A stretch of 64,000 nt of DNA, taken from the IMG/VR virus record IMGVR_UViG_3300044630_002233, positions 7,787 through 71,786 of that record; one strand, written 5' to 3'. Made by a program: the position numbers and the translations under genes. The DNA is from a virus. Taxonomy: Duplodnaviria; Heunggongvirae; Uroviricota; Caudoviricetes. A model generated the notes under the pieces. It was not told the origin of the DNA and did no database searches. It saw only the letters and a program-made list of their open reading frames with translations. Shown piece by piece: positions 35,181 to 44,507 of this stretch (position 1 is the stretch's first letter; each line of letters starts with the position of its first letter).

Positions 35181-35209
35181 ATTATAGCACATGCAAGGAT
35201 TATTGTCAA
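35181..35209 (-). promoter_or_regulatory. Early sigma70-like promoter (TTGACA-N17-TATAAT) for cobS
   Basis: Minus strand reads TTGACAATAATCCTTGCATGTGCTATAAT. Confidence 0.6.
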
Positions 35210-35418
35210 GCAATTTCTTCCACGGTTACAACATACTTACGTCCATTGCCATCTTCAACTACCATGGTCTTCTTTGTAGATTTGAAAGCACCATTGCTAT
35301 CCAAATCCCAGTTTATCTTTCCAACTTCGTTCAGCGGAACAGGCGCAAAGGCATCTTCCTTGGCAGCAACCAACGCTTTACGAACCCTGTCTGCAATATA
35401 ATCACAATAAACTAACAT
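35206..35418 (-). CDS. hypothetical protein (70 aa)
   Basis: ORF with a GAGGAG RBS, downstream of the PeSL-like promoter at 35.47 kb. Confidence 0.4.
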   Translation of the reverse strand: MLVYCDYIADRVRKALVAAKEDAFAPVPLNEVGKINWDLDSNGAFKSTKKTMVVEDGNGRKYVVTVEEIA

Positions 35419-35450
35419 AGAAACTCCTCAATTTTTCAGTCTATAATAAT

Positions 35451-35479
35451 ATTATACAGGAATTCTGAATTATTGTAAA
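35451..35479 (-). promoter_or_regulatory. Early sigma70-like promoter (TTTACA-N17-TATAAT), near-identical copy of the 15.2-kb promoter
   Basis: Minus strand reads TTTACAATAATTCAGAATTCCTGTATAAT; about 28 of 29 nt match the 15201..15229 copy. Confidence 0.6.
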
Positions 35480-35493
35480 GCATTATTTTCATT

Positions 35494-35540
35494 CCCCTAC
35501 GGTTTATAGGGGATTAGAAACCCTCTACCAGAGAGGGTTT
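35494..35540 (-). terminator. Tandem stem-loops after cobT (AAACCCTCT-loop-AGAGGGTTT and CCCCTA-loop-TAGGGG)
   Basis: A 9-bp and a 6-bp inverted repeat between the cobT stop at 35544 and the early promoter (PeSL-like cassette). Confidence 0.5.
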
Positions 35541-35543
35541 GGC

Positions 35544-37790
35544 TCACGCCACCAGCCCCACGAACCGATTGAGTAGGATACGACTGGTTTTCTTCACGTT
35601 CATATACTTCTCAAACTGCTTTGCGATCGCCTTGCTATTCATAGATTCCTTTACAGCAAGTTCGCCTTCTTGGATCTCCAACTTAGCAATAGACACCAAG
35701 AACAACTCATCGTGACCAGTGCCAGTCATGCTGTAGAAACCTTCCTTGCGGAGATTCACACGCATGTCATCAACAAGCAAACGACGTGCGGTATATTCAC
35801 CAGAGGTAGAAACCGAACCGAGATTGTCATGGCAGAACTGCTCAAGCATACGCTTACTATTACGCAAGACATGGAAACCAATGACTGCGCAGTTGTATCT
35901 GTCACGAATAATGTTCAGCAAGACTGAAGTATGGTTGTATCGTGATAGATTATACTCTTTGCGAGTCACAGGATCACGCATGTAGTTTTTAACTTTCACG
36001 CTCTTGTGTTGCTCATAGTTGTATTCAGTTTCTTGGATACCACCACTCACACTATTCAAAGCACTACCTTGACCATCGGTGAGAGTAATCAAAGAGAATT
36101 TCTCTACATTGTTTGTACGCAGAAACTTACTGATTTGCGTATCAATCATATAGAGCAACGCTTCATTCAGTGGCGTACCACCCATACCGTAACCATTACC
36201 GTACTGGTATGGACGATCCAACATGAAAGATACCATACGGTTAAACTCGCTGTTGCTCATTTTGTTGTTGAAGAATTCAATCAGATTGAAGTGGCTGCAA
36301 GCAACAAACTTCTTATCGTCTTTAGGATTTTTTTCTTCAGGATATTTCTGTCTACGCAAGTTGTAGTCGTTGCGTGTAGACTTATCATAATCACTAGAGA
36401 ACGCAAACACTTGGTATGGAATCATAGCACGTTGGCAGAACATTGCTAGGCTGATTACCTGCTTGATAGTATCATCGATACACTCAATCATAGAGCCAGA
36501 CCAGTCAAGCAAGAACAACATACCGTGATTCTTAGCATCGGGGATAATTTGAACACGACGGAACAAGTCGTCAGTCAACTGATATACTGCAAGTTTGCGT
36601 GCATCAAGTTGTCCGATCTTAGCTGTCTGCGTACGTTTGTATTGTGTCGCAGACTTGCGCATCTCAAATTCTTTGACAAGGTAGTTTACAACACGTGAAC
36701 TTTCTACCTTAAACTTTTCGACATCAGCCTTGCGTTTCGCATAGTGCTTGTCTCTCTCCGTAGTATTCAACAACCCTGTTTGGTAGTCGCTGAACATACG
36801 GGTGTCACGGTCTTCACGACCAACTTCAAGTTCTTCCAAAACACGCTTGTAACTAATTACGGTGTCTTCATAGAAGTTGTCATAGATGGTTGGCTCATAG
36901 ATGCGCACCATAGTATTAGTATCTGCATACTCTTCAACCCTACGGTAGAATGCGTCATCGGTATGGGACTTAACTTCTTCGTCCTCATCCATCTTTGGCT
37001 CTTCTTTGGGGGTTTCTGGCTCTTGCTCTTCTTCTTTAGAGTTGCCATTAATTTTCTCTGCATCCTCATCCTCGACTTCATCTTCGTCAAGTTCTTCATC
37101 GTCATAGGATGCAGGATCCCAACCTTCTTCTTCGTCATCCTCAGCATCAAGCAACTGCTCTTCAAGTTCTTCTTGCTGGTCTTCAGAATCAAGATTCAAC
37201 TTTTTACGCTCTTCCTCCATCAGCTGACGCATTTTCTTGCGCTCACCTTTGGTGAAGTCATAGATTTCTTTTGCGACAGAGTATACATCTGCCATAGTAT
37301 CGGTAGACTCAACCTTGCGAACAAAGTCCATCTCTGCTGGCGTAAAGCGAACACCACAGTTGATACCGCACTTGTAGTATAGGTTAATTCTATCAATCAA
37401 CAAAAGTTTGGACAAGTCCTTACCCTGCAAGTCAAAGAAGTCTTTTTCGTTGAGTTCTTTGTAGCCTTGGATGAAGGTACGACGGAGTCCAGGATATTTG
37501 TTTTTGATTTTCTTTTCAATACGCACGTCTTCACATACGTTCATGTAGCCGTGGAATGAGTGAGTATAATCTTCTTTCTTGATATACTCATTAGTAGTGA
37601 ACAGTGCGTGACCCACCTCATGACCGATAAGCATCTCTTCGACTTGATCGGACATTTCCTTCCACTGTGGGAGGGTGAGAGTTCGTGACTCAACATCAAA
37701 TGATGCGGTACGCACTGGTGCCCTAAGAACCGTAAGATTCTCGCTGGCGAGCAACTTTGCTAGTAAGTCTTTGGAATTGTTTGTCATCAT
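35544..37790 (-). CDS. cobT: CobT-like protein with C-terminal von Willebrand factor A domain
   Basis: Long acidic central region with a VWA-like C-terminus, and pairing with cobS. The start is probably the ATGATG at 37790..37785, directly after a promoter -10 (leaderless). The track ORF extends to 37847. Confidence 0.6.
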   Translation of the reverse strand: MMTNNSKDLLAKLLASENLTVLRAPVRTASFDVESRTLTLPQWKEMSDQVEEMLIGHEVGHALFTTNEYIKKEDYTHSFHGYMNVCEDVRIEKKIKNKYPGLRRTFIQGYKELNEKDFFDLQGKDLSKLLLIDRINLYYKCGINCGVRFTPAEMDFVRKVESTDTMADVYSVAKEIYDFTKGERKKMRQLMEEERKKLNLDSEDQQEELEEQLLDAEDDEEEGWDPASYDDEELDEDEVEDEDAEKINGNSKEEEQEPETPKEEPKMDEDEEVKSHTDDAFYRRVEEYADTNTMVRIYEPTIYDNFYEDTVISYKRVLEELEVGREDRDTRMFSDYQTGLLNTTERDKHYAKRKADVEKFKVESSRVVNYLVKEFEMRKSATQYKRTQTAKIGQLDARKLAVYQLTDDLFRRVQIIPDAKNHGMLFLLDWSGSMIECIDDTIKQVISLAMFCQRAMIPYQVFAFSSDYDKSTRNDYNLRRQKYPEEKNPKDDKKFVACSHFNLIEFFNNKMSNSEFNRMVSFMLDRPYQYGNGYGMGGTPLNEALLYMIDTQISKFLRTNNVEKFSLITLTDGQGSALNSVSGGIQETEYNYEQHKSVKVKNYMRDPVTRKEYNLSRYNHTSVLLNIIRDRYNCAVIGFHVLRNSKRMLEQFCHDNLGSVSTSGEYTARRLLVDDMRVNLRKEGFYSMTGTGHDELFLVSIAKLEIQEGELAVKESMNSKAIAKQFEKYMNVKKTSRILLNRFVGLVA

Positions 37791-37796
37791 AATATA

Positions 37797-37825
37797 ATTA
37801 TACCTCAGGTGTGAATTAATGTCAA
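37797..37825 (-). promoter_or_regulatory. Early sigma70-like promoter (TTGACA-N17-TATAAT), perfect consensus
   Basis: Minus strand reads TTGACATTAATTCACACCTGAGGTATAAT, followed 6 nt later by ATGATG. Confidence 0.6.
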
Positions 37826-37974
37826 GCGAAAGCCAAGTCGTGCTCATAGCGTGTCAAGATACGCTCGACTTCAACACGATTCATCAATGCACCCTTCTCA
37901 ACTTGCAAGATGTAATCAAGGCAGTAGTCATACGCCAAACAGATAAGTTCTTTGTCAGTAAATCCAGCCCACAT
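37822..37974 (-). CDS. hypothetical small protein (50 aa)
   Basis: Hand translation gives MWAGFTDKELICLAYDYCLDYILQVEKGALMNRVEVERILTRYEHDLAFA, with a GGAG RBS. Below the track cutoff. Confidence 0.35.
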   Translation of the reverse strand: MWAGFTDKELICLAYDYCLDYILQVEKGALMNRVEVERILTRYEHDLAFA

Positions 37975-38006
37975 AATTCACTCCTGTTTTCATCATCAAT
38001 AATAGA

Positions 38007-38035
38007 ATTATACAGGATTTTTGAATTAAAGTAAA
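38007..38035 (-). promoter_or_regulatory. Early sigma70-like promoter (TTTACT-N17-TATAAT)
   Basis: Minus strand reads TTTACTTTAATTCAAAAATCCTGTATAAT. Confidence 0.5.
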
Positions 38036-38040
38036 TACCC

Positions 38041-38098
38041 CCAAAACTCCTCTGTTTCAGAGGGTTCCAAAACCCTACTGGGCGTAGGGGTATTTTAT
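38041..38098 (-). terminator. Tandem stem-loops after gene 46 (CCCTAC-loop-GTAGGG and CCTCTG-AAA-CAGAGG plus TTTT)
   Basis: Third copy of the hairpin-plus-promoter cassette; the second hairpin is followed by TTTTGGGGG. Confidence 0.5.
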
Positions 38099-39813
38099 GG
38101 GCTTACAATTACGGAAAAATCGTTGCGCTTCTCAAACTTGATAACGCTACGGAATTTATCAAAAAGCTGATCGCCTTTGTGACTGATGACGAAAGTGTTG
38201 GATCTTTCGCCAAGTTGGGACATGACAGACAGGAAGTAATCAGTTCCTGATGTGTCAAGAGAGGAATCAAAGATCTCGTCAAGGATGAGTAGGTTTGTAT
38301 TGACAGAGTTTTTCATCTTAGCAATCTGACGCCAAGTGAATAGGATAGCCAAGTCAATACGCATCTTCTCGCCTTCAGAGAAACTTGCATAGGTAAACTC
38401 ATCACGGTATCGTGATTTAATAACTTCATTGAAAGACTCATCAAGTTCGAAGTGAACAAAGAAGTCCATCGCTTGTAGATACATGTTGATCAACTTATTC
38501 ATTGCAGGCAGGTACTCACGAATAATCGCAGTCTTGATACCTGTGTCTTTCAGCAATGTAGAAGCAACTTCTTCTAAGTTCCTTTGTTCAAGCAAAGCAG
38601 TTTTAGTATTGATACACTCAAGTGCTTTGGCAGCAAGTTCTTTTAACTTGGCTTTCTCTTCATCAATATTAGCAGTGTTTTCTTTTGCTTCTTCTATCTC
38701 ATTCTGCAAAGATGTATTTTGCTTGTTCAATAATGTGATAGAAGAATTGAAGGAAGAAACTTCTGCGGTAAGAGACATAATCTCATCTTGAACCTTTTTA
38801 ATTTCAGCAAGACGCTGGCGAAGTTTGACAAGAGCTTCATCAATCTTTTGAATAAAGTCTGCATTACTTTGCGCATCTTGCTTCATTTTATCCACGATAG
38901 AACTCTTATGTTCATGAGGGATATCTTGCGCACAAGAAGGGCAACTATCGTTATTGACAAAAAACTCGATATGTGTATCGATCTCTGTATTCTTTTCTTT
39001 CTTTCGATTCAGAGAATTAAGAAGTTTGTCGATACCTTCTTCTACGTCAGTCCTATCCTTTATACTCTCTCGTAGTGCATCAACTCTAACATTCGTTCCC
39101 TCAATGTTAGTTGTGATGGTTGAAATCTCCAAATTATTTGCTGTGATCTTTTGTTGAATAGAATCGATGTATTCATTTTTGGATTGGACCAGAGACTTAA
39201 TAAGTTTTTGTTGTGCGTCAACTTCGGCTCTTGATTTCGATAAAGTAGATTCAACATCGAGCAACTCCATTTTTGATTTTGCGCTCTTCTCTTTTAAGAG
39301 AGTGTTCATTGTTGAGAAGATACGGATATCCAAAATATCTTCAATAACATCTTTACGCTGGTTAGATGGTAACTGCATAAAAGGAACAAACGATGCTGAA
39401 CCCAGAATGACTACCTGCGTAAATGTTTTATAGTTTAACTTTAGGATTTGCTGCTCAAGGATCTTTTGATAATCTCTTGATGCAGAGTCTTGATTGAGAA
39501 GGGTTGTTCCCTGATAGATCTCAAAGATGTTTGGCTTGATGCCACGGATAATTTTATATTCAGCTGAGCCGATACTAAACTCAATTTCAACAAGACAATT
39601 TTTAAGATTGATACTATTGATTAGTTGGTTCTTGTTGATATTACGGAAGGGTTTGCCAAACAACCCAAAGCAAAGAGCATCCAGAATAGTTGACTTACCT
39701 TCACCATTCTTACCAACGATTAGTGTAGTAAGAGAACGATTTAATTCAACTGTATTGGGAGAGTTGCCTGTAGATAAAAAGTTTTTCCAAGTTACCTTCT
39801 TCAGTTCAATCAT
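38095..39813 (-). CDS. 46: recombination endonuclease subunit gp46 (SbcC/Rad50-like ATPase)
   Basis: N-terminal Walker A GKNGEGKST, a long coiled coil with a CxxC zinc hook (CPSCAQ), and C-terminal signature/Walker B LLILDE. Confidence 0.85.
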   Translation of the reverse strand: MIELKKVTWKNFLSTGNSPNTVELNRSLTTLIVGKNGEGKSTILDALCFGLFGKPFRNINKNQLINSINLKNCLVEIEFSIGSAEYKIIRGIKPNIFEIYQGTTLLNQDSASRDYQKILEQQILKLNYKTFTQVVILGSASFVPFMQLPSNQRKDVIEDILDIRIFSTMNTLLKEKSAKSKMELLDVESTLSKSRAEVDAQQKLIKSLVQSKNEYIDSIQQKITANNLEISTITTNIEGTNVRVDALRESIKDRTDVEEGIDKLLNSLNRKKEKNTEIDTHIEFFVNNDSCPSCAQDIPHEHKSSIVDKMKQDAQSNADFIQKIDEALVKLRQRLAEIKKVQDEIMSLTAEVSSFNSSITLLNKQNTSLQNEIEEAKENTANIDEEKAKLKELAAKALECINTKTALLEQRNLEEVASTLLKDTGIKTAIIREYLPAMNKLINMYLQAMDFFVHFELDESFNEVIKSRYRDEFTYASFSEGEKMRIDLAILFTWRQIAKMKNSVNTNLLILDEIFDSSLDTSGTDYFLSVMSQLGERSNTFVISHKGDQLFDKFRSVIKFEKRNDFSVIVSP

Positions 39814-40124
39814 TTACCCATCCATTTCATACCAAATATTTTTTTCATCAATACCTTCTGTAAGAAAGTAGGTTTGCGTTTATTGTTTTCAATTTCCCAG
39901 CTACCAAGTCTAGTACTGTTTTCCCAGTCAATGGAATTAGTAGTTAGCGTCAATCCTGTGATACTACCATTCATAGCACTACCAGCAGAAATAGTTATCG
40001 TTGAATTACTAATAAACTTCCTACGCTGTTCTTCAATATACTCAAGTGTTTTTGTATAATCAAGATCGAGCGGAATCTGTTCCGTCAACGGAAAAAAATA
40101 CTGAATCTCAAGTTGCTGCATCAA
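39810..40124 (-). CDS. hypothetical protein (104 aa)
   Basis: ORF between genes 47 and 46, overlapping both by 4 nt. Confidence 0.4.
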   Translation of the reverse strand: MMQQLEIQYFFPLTEQIPLDLDYTKTLEYIEEQRRKFISNSTITISAGSAMNGSITGLTLTTNSIDWENSTRLGSWEIENNKRKPTFLQKVLMKKIFGMKWMGK

Positions 40125-41182
40125 ACCACCTCTACGTTAATTGCCTCGGTGTAAAGTGTCTTAACAAATGTTTTAATCTTTTCTTTATCAAGATCAGTTT
40201 CGATAGAATCAATGTATTCACTCAAAACTGTCTGTGTATCTTCTAAGTTAATTTCAGAAGAAACTTCTCCTTCATTGAAAGCAGAAAAATCTTCAATGAT
40301 TTTCACTTCATATGGTGGAGGATTATTAGTATATACTCTTGAAAGGAATTTGTCAAACTTGTAAAAGTCTGCCTTGTTTACAACAACAACCTTAACAAAC
40401 TTTTCACCAAATCTAGATACATCAAGTGTTTCTGCTTCTGGTGTGCTGTCGTCATATTCATAACGATCAAACATCGTGTAAGGGTTTTCTACGAAAGTGA
40501 GACTGCGAGCGCTAAGATCAAAGGTGTGGAAACCACGAGGATCGTTATAATCCTGCCAAGTAAGTTCATATGGGTTTCCAACATAAGTGATGTTATCTTT
40601 ACTACTGCGATGGTGATAATGACCACTAAAAACACAGTCAAACTTTTTAAACAAAGAAGGATCAAGTCCGTCATGGCTTTCCATTCCTCTATACATGGCA
40701 AACCCTGCGATCTCAAAATGCCCCATACAAATTTCAGCTGGGGTGTTCTTTAATGTTTCAATAGAATCACTGTAGTTCTCAGCGCAGATCCAAGGCATCA
40801 TACAAATAGGAATGTCGTCTACGTAAATAGTTGTAGGCGAATCTATGATATTGATGTTGCTGTATTCTGCCAATAACAAATCAACAGAGTTTACATCGTT
40901 AGTATTTTTAAAGTATGTGTCATGGTTACCTGCAAGCATATGCACAGTAATACCAAGTTCTTCTAACCGATCAAAGAACATTTGCTTTGCTCTTTTTAGG
41001 GTAAAGAAGTTTACATACTTACGTCTATCAAATGTATCACCAAGAATCAGTAATGTGGTGATTCCTTCCTCTTTTAACTTAGGAAAGAAAATTGTATCAT
41101 AAAACTTTTCATAAAAATTCAAAAACGCAACTGAGTCATTGCGTGCACCGAAGTGCTGGTCAGTTATTATCGCAGTCTTCAT
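40121..41182 (-). CDS. 47: recombination endonuclease subunit gp47 (SbcD/Mre11-like)
   Basis: Calcineurin-like phosphoesterase motifs DQHFG, GDTFD, GNHD and GHxH. Confidence 0.85.
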   Translation of the reverse strand: MKTAIITDQHFGARNDSVAFLNFYEKFYDTIFFPKLKEEGITTLLILGDTFDRRKYVNFFTLKRAKQMFFDRLEELGITVHMLAGNHDTYFKNTNDVNSVDLLLAEYSNINIIDSPTTIYVDDIPICMMPWICAENYSDSIETLKNTPAEICMGHFEIAGFAMYRGMESHDGLDPSLFKKFDCVFSGHYHHRSSKDNITYVGNPYELTWQDYNDPRGFHTFDLSARSLTFVENPYTMFDRYEYDDSTPEAETLDVSRFGEKFVKVVVVNKADFYKFDKFLSRVYTNNPPPYEVKIIEDFSAFNEGEVSSEINLEDTQTVLSEYIDSIETDLDKEKIKTFVKTLYTEAINVEVV

Positions 41183-41198
41183 AATATATCCTGACTAA

Positions 41199-41384
41199 TT
41201 ATTCAGTAACTTTTAATTCGCTCACCAATACGTTAATTTGACGCTTTACTGCTTCTTTTGGAACACCGTCTTCATCATCTTCAACGTGGTCATATTCAAT
41301 CCAAATACGATCAGCGTCAGCTTCTTTAATAAATGTCGCTGGAACCCATGCATCATTATGGTAAATTTCATAAGTCTTAGCCAT
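41199..41384 (-). CDS. hypothetical acidic protein (61 aa)
   Basis: ORF between genes 55 and 47. Confidence 0.35.
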   Translation of the reverse strand: MAKTYEIYHNDAWVPATFIKEADADRIWIEYDHVEDDEDGVPKEAVKRQINVLVSELKVTE

Positions 41385-41907
41385 TAATATCTCCTTCGGT
41401 AAAGTCTTCTAGCGTAGAACGCTTTTTAGTTTTTTTCGGTTTAACAGGAACATCAGTATTGTTGTTCATCTGTAAATAGTCAACATACGCATTATTATAT
41501 AGTCCGTCTTCGTCATGCTCTTGCAGCTCAAATGCATCAAAGGGCATATCTTGAATCATTTTTTGCTTCACATAATTTTGTTTCTTTTCTTTTTGAATGC
41601 GTCTTAGAAAAGCATACCATATAATCTGTGTAAAATAAGCGAAGGGATTTTTAGATTTGTCTGGATCGAAATTTTTTACATACTGGATGCAGTTTTCAAT
41701 ACCATCACTAATCATCTCTTCTCGGTAAGTATAATTTAGAAAATTTGGTTTGTATGATAAATGCGTAGCAATTTGTAAAATACATTTACCAACATATTCT
41801 GGGACTCTTGGTTCAGCTTCTCCCGATTCATGAGCCTCAGCAATTTTCTTCCTATACTCAATTAATGCTGCTAGTAACTCAGCATTGTTTACATAATGTG
41901 TTGCCAT
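41377..41907 (-). CDS. 55: late-transcription sigma factor gp55
   Basis: YVNNAELLAALIEY ... EEMISDGIE ... NFDPDKSKNPFAYFTQ parallels T4 gp55 (YVNNKELLQAI ... QEMIADGIE ... NFDETKYKNPHAYITQ). Confidence 0.85.
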   Translation of the reverse strand: MATHYVNNAELLAALIEYRKKIAEAHESGEAEPRVPEYVGKCILQIATHLSYKPNFLNYTYREEMISDGIENCIQYVKNFDPDKSKNPFAYFTQIIWYAFLRRIQKEKKQNYVKQKMIQDMPFDAFELQEHDEDGLYNNAYVDYLQMNNNTDVPVKPKKTKKRSTLEDFTEGDING

Positions 41908-41998
41908 AATTTAAACCTTATTTTTTTGTTTTAACCAACTGTAATCATTATACTTTAATTATCTTTAAAAAGCAAGTTTGTTTTATTGGAAAATATAT

Positions 41999-42045
41999 TT
42001 GCTTCCAAACTTGACAACAGGCATAATTACGGTGTCAGGGTTGAA
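41999..42045. repeat. 45-nt palindromic repeat element, copy 2, upstream of gene 55
   Basis: TTGCTTCCAAACTTGACAACAGGCATAATTACGGTGTCAGGG; about 40 nt are identical to copy 1 at 2228..2272, which is preceded by a similar AAAAGCAAG block. Confidence 0.7.
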
Positions 42046-42053
42046 GATAGGAA

Positions 42054-42530
42054 CTAATGTTTAGTTTCATTACCAGGAACGACAGTAAAAGGAATCTCTT
42101 CCTCTTCTCTCTTTTCCCTTCTCTTCCTTGCTCTCTCGAATATACTATGAAGTTGATCTACTGCTTTAGCAATATTCTCCACAGTTTCATCATTCTCGAG
42201 ATTCCCTTCCGCAGCTTGCTTCTCATCAACATCTACATCAGTTTCATGCTCGTGGATCATTCTTTGATAATGGGGAATCATCACTTCATGTAACTTCTTA
42301 GAAAATAAGATGTCTTTCTTTTGAAACGTAAAGACCTTATCCTCAGTAAACTGACAATATGGACCAGATGTAATTTGTTCAACAAGACCTGTTGGTTCTA
42401 ACCTTGGAAACAGACGAATTATCATGGGAAACTCAATTGTAATTATTTCGTTGTTTTCAAATAATTTAGTTGCCATCAATTGGTCGCCGTTATACATTCG
42501 CAAAAAGATATACTTATCTTCTTCTGTCAT
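42054..42530 (-). CDS. hypothetical protein (158 aa)
   Basis: ORF downstream of uvsW. Confidence 0.4.
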   Translation of the reverse strand: MTEEDKYIFLRMYNGDQLMATKLFENNEIITIEFPMIIRLFPRLEPTGLVEQITSGPYCQFTEDKVFTFQKKDILFSKKLHEVMIPHYQRMIHEHETDVDVDEKQAAEGNLENDETVENIAKAVDQLHSIFERARKRREKREEEEIPFTVVPGNETKH

Positions 42531-44011
42531 ATCTTGACCTCTACTAACTTGTAATCAAACTTCTCTTCGGAATAGGTTTTTATTCTTTCCGCAAAGTGAT
42601 GCAATGTATGATTCTTCCAAGACTTCCATGATAGGTCGTCAGCAATATCATACAAGTTACATTCAGTCTTACCTTCTTTTAATCTTAAGCCACGACCAAT
42701 ACTTTGTAGGTTGCGGATCTTGCTCTTAGAAGGTGAAGCAAAAATAACATTTTCAATCGAAGGTATATTAATACCTGTCGAGAAGGTACCAAACGAAGCA
42801 ATAATGATAGCATCTTCTTCGCCCTCAGTAATATGGCGAATGGCTTCTCTATCGGTTGTTTCAGTACCACCATAGACGAAAAACACTTTTCTATCTTCGT
42901 GAGATTTAGAAAGAATTATATCGTGTAAGACTTTACCGTGTTTCTCAACGTATTGAAATAGGACAAGAGTATTTCCTTTTGACTTTAGCGCCAAATTAGA
43001 AATAAAGTTGTTTCTCTTATCGTGAGAAACTAAGAAGTCCATCTCGTCTTGATATTGGTTATTCTTTCTACCCTGACGTGTTATGTCATCATATTTTAGT
43101 AGTATACATGTTATATTTAGGTTTGCTAGTCTCTGGCTCTCCATTAGTTGCTTAGTGGTAGTAACCCTATGCATCGGTCCAAAGATACCTTCTAGTACAA
43201 GTTTATGTACTTTCTTATTGTCTAGCGTTCCTGTAGTACCAACTCTATATCTAACCTCTGTCAATTTTTCCATTACGGTAGTTAACGACTTGGCTTTAAA
43301 TTGGTGCGCTTCGTCGCCAAAAATTACTTGAAACTGATTGAACCAACTTTTTGGTTGTTTGTAGATAGATTGCCATGTAGTAATTAGTACGTCTGAGGTA
43401 AATTCTTTTGGGAAGCCAGAATATAGTTTCTGGCAGTGACGATCAACCCTCCATCCATTAGCAGATGAGTAGTCCGCAAAGTCTGCGTATAGTTGCTCAA
43501 CTAGAGATGTAGTAGGAACGATAATAATTTGTTTACGTCCTTCGTTTAAATGCCACCTCATAGTAGTATAGATAATAAACGACTTACCTGATGCTGTTGG
43601 AGACAACAGTAAAGTTCGTTCGTCTTGAATTGCTTTATGTACTGCTTCTAATTGGTAATCACGGATCTCAATAGGTTTACCATGACCCATTGGTGTTAAC
43701 CACTCAGCAAATTTAGAAACAGTTTCTAAGTCAACATTAGTTTGGGTAATAACTTGATTTACCCATTCAATTTCATACCCACGTTCAAACGCAAAACTTT
43801 CAACATACTTTACTAGACCAACGTAAAGAGTCTTGCGCATAATATCATACATACGGACTTTACCGTCCCAAAGTCTAGCACGATACTGTGGCGTAAATCT
43901 TGCTCCTGGATATTCATATGTAAAGAACTCTGCAAGTTCGTATAAGATTCCTTCATCTTCTGAAAGAACTCTTACGTATACATTGTCTAGTTTTTCAATC
44001 TTTAACTTCAT
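42527..44011 (-). CDS. uvsW: UvsW-like SF2 DNA helicase
   Basis: Walker A SPTASGKS and DEAH box FGDEAHQ, with helicase C-terminal motifs. Sits beside uvsY as in cyanomyophages. Confidence 0.8.
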   Translation of the reverse strand: MKLKIEKLDNVYVRVLSEDEGILYELAEFFTYEYPGARFTPQYRARLWDGKVRMYDIMRKTLYVGLVKYVESFAFERGYEIEWVNQVITQTNVDLETVSKFAEWLTPMGHGKPIEIRDYQLEAVHKAIQDERTLLLSPTASGKSFIIYTTMRWHLNEGRKQIIIVPTTSLVEQLYADFADYSSANGWRVDRHCQKLYSGFPKEFTSDVLITTWQSIYKQPKSWFNQFQVIFGDEAHQFKAKSLTTVMEKLTEVRYRVGTTGTLDNKKVHKLVLEGIFGPMHRVTTTKQLMESQRLANLNITCILLKYDDITRQGRKNNQYQDEMDFLVSHDKRNNFISNLALKSKGNTLVLFQYVEKHGKVLHDIILSKSHEDRKVFFVYGGTETTDREAIRHITEGEEDAIIIASFGTFSTGINIPSIENVIFASPSKSKIRNLQSIGRGLRLKEGKTECNLYDIADDLSWKSWKNHTLHHFAERIKTYSEEKFDYKLVEVKI

Positions 44012-44448
44012 TAAGCACCACTAATAAATTTCTTCCAGTCAATCGCACCTTTGATTTGAAAGTCTCTTGATTTAATTTGATTGAGGATAGATTCGCAGAA
44101 GGTAACTATGGCAGAAACATATTCCATTCTGACATATTCTTTATTTAATTCTGCGTCGCCAGATAGAAATTCATCCATTTCATTCTTAAGTGGCTTTGCG
44201 CCTTGCCACTGCCCCCATCCATAATCTTCTAATTCTTGTTTACCCATCTCGCCACGATAGTAACGAAACTTTGCTTGTCTAAGTGTGTTGTAGTCTGCCT
44301 TGACTTTAGCAAGTTTCAATTTATTTGCGATTAGAATGTTTAGATATTTCGAGTGCAGGTTAGGTGTTCTGACTGCTTCTTTGTCAAGACGATCATCGTC
44401 TATCTGGCAGTCGACCGCCCACATCTCTTGTAATTGTTCAATGTTCAT
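44011..44448 (-). CDS. uvsY: UvsY-like recombination mediator (145 aa)
   Basis: Size, and position between uvsW and gp3/gp23 as in cyanophage T4-like genomes. No strong motif beyond that. Confidence 0.45.
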   Translation of the reverse strand: MNIEQLQEMWAVDCQIDDDRLDKEAVRTPNLHSKYLNILIANKLKLAKVKADYNTLRQAKFRYYRGEMGKQELEDYGWGQWQGAKPLKNEMDEFLSGDAELNKEYVRMEYVSAIVTFCESILNQIKSRDFQIKGAIDWKKFISGA

Positions 44449-44463
44449 AATAATCTCCGTAGG

Positions 44464-44492
44464 TATATACTCTATTATACCCTAAATGTCAA
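44464..44492 (-). promoter_or_regulatory. Early sigma70-like promoter (TTGACA-N17-TATATA)
   Basis: Minus strand reads TTGACATTTAGGGTATAATAGAGTATATA, upstream of the uvsY RBS GGAGATT. Confidence 0.5.
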
Positions 44493-44507
44493 TAATTGTA
44501 AATTTGT

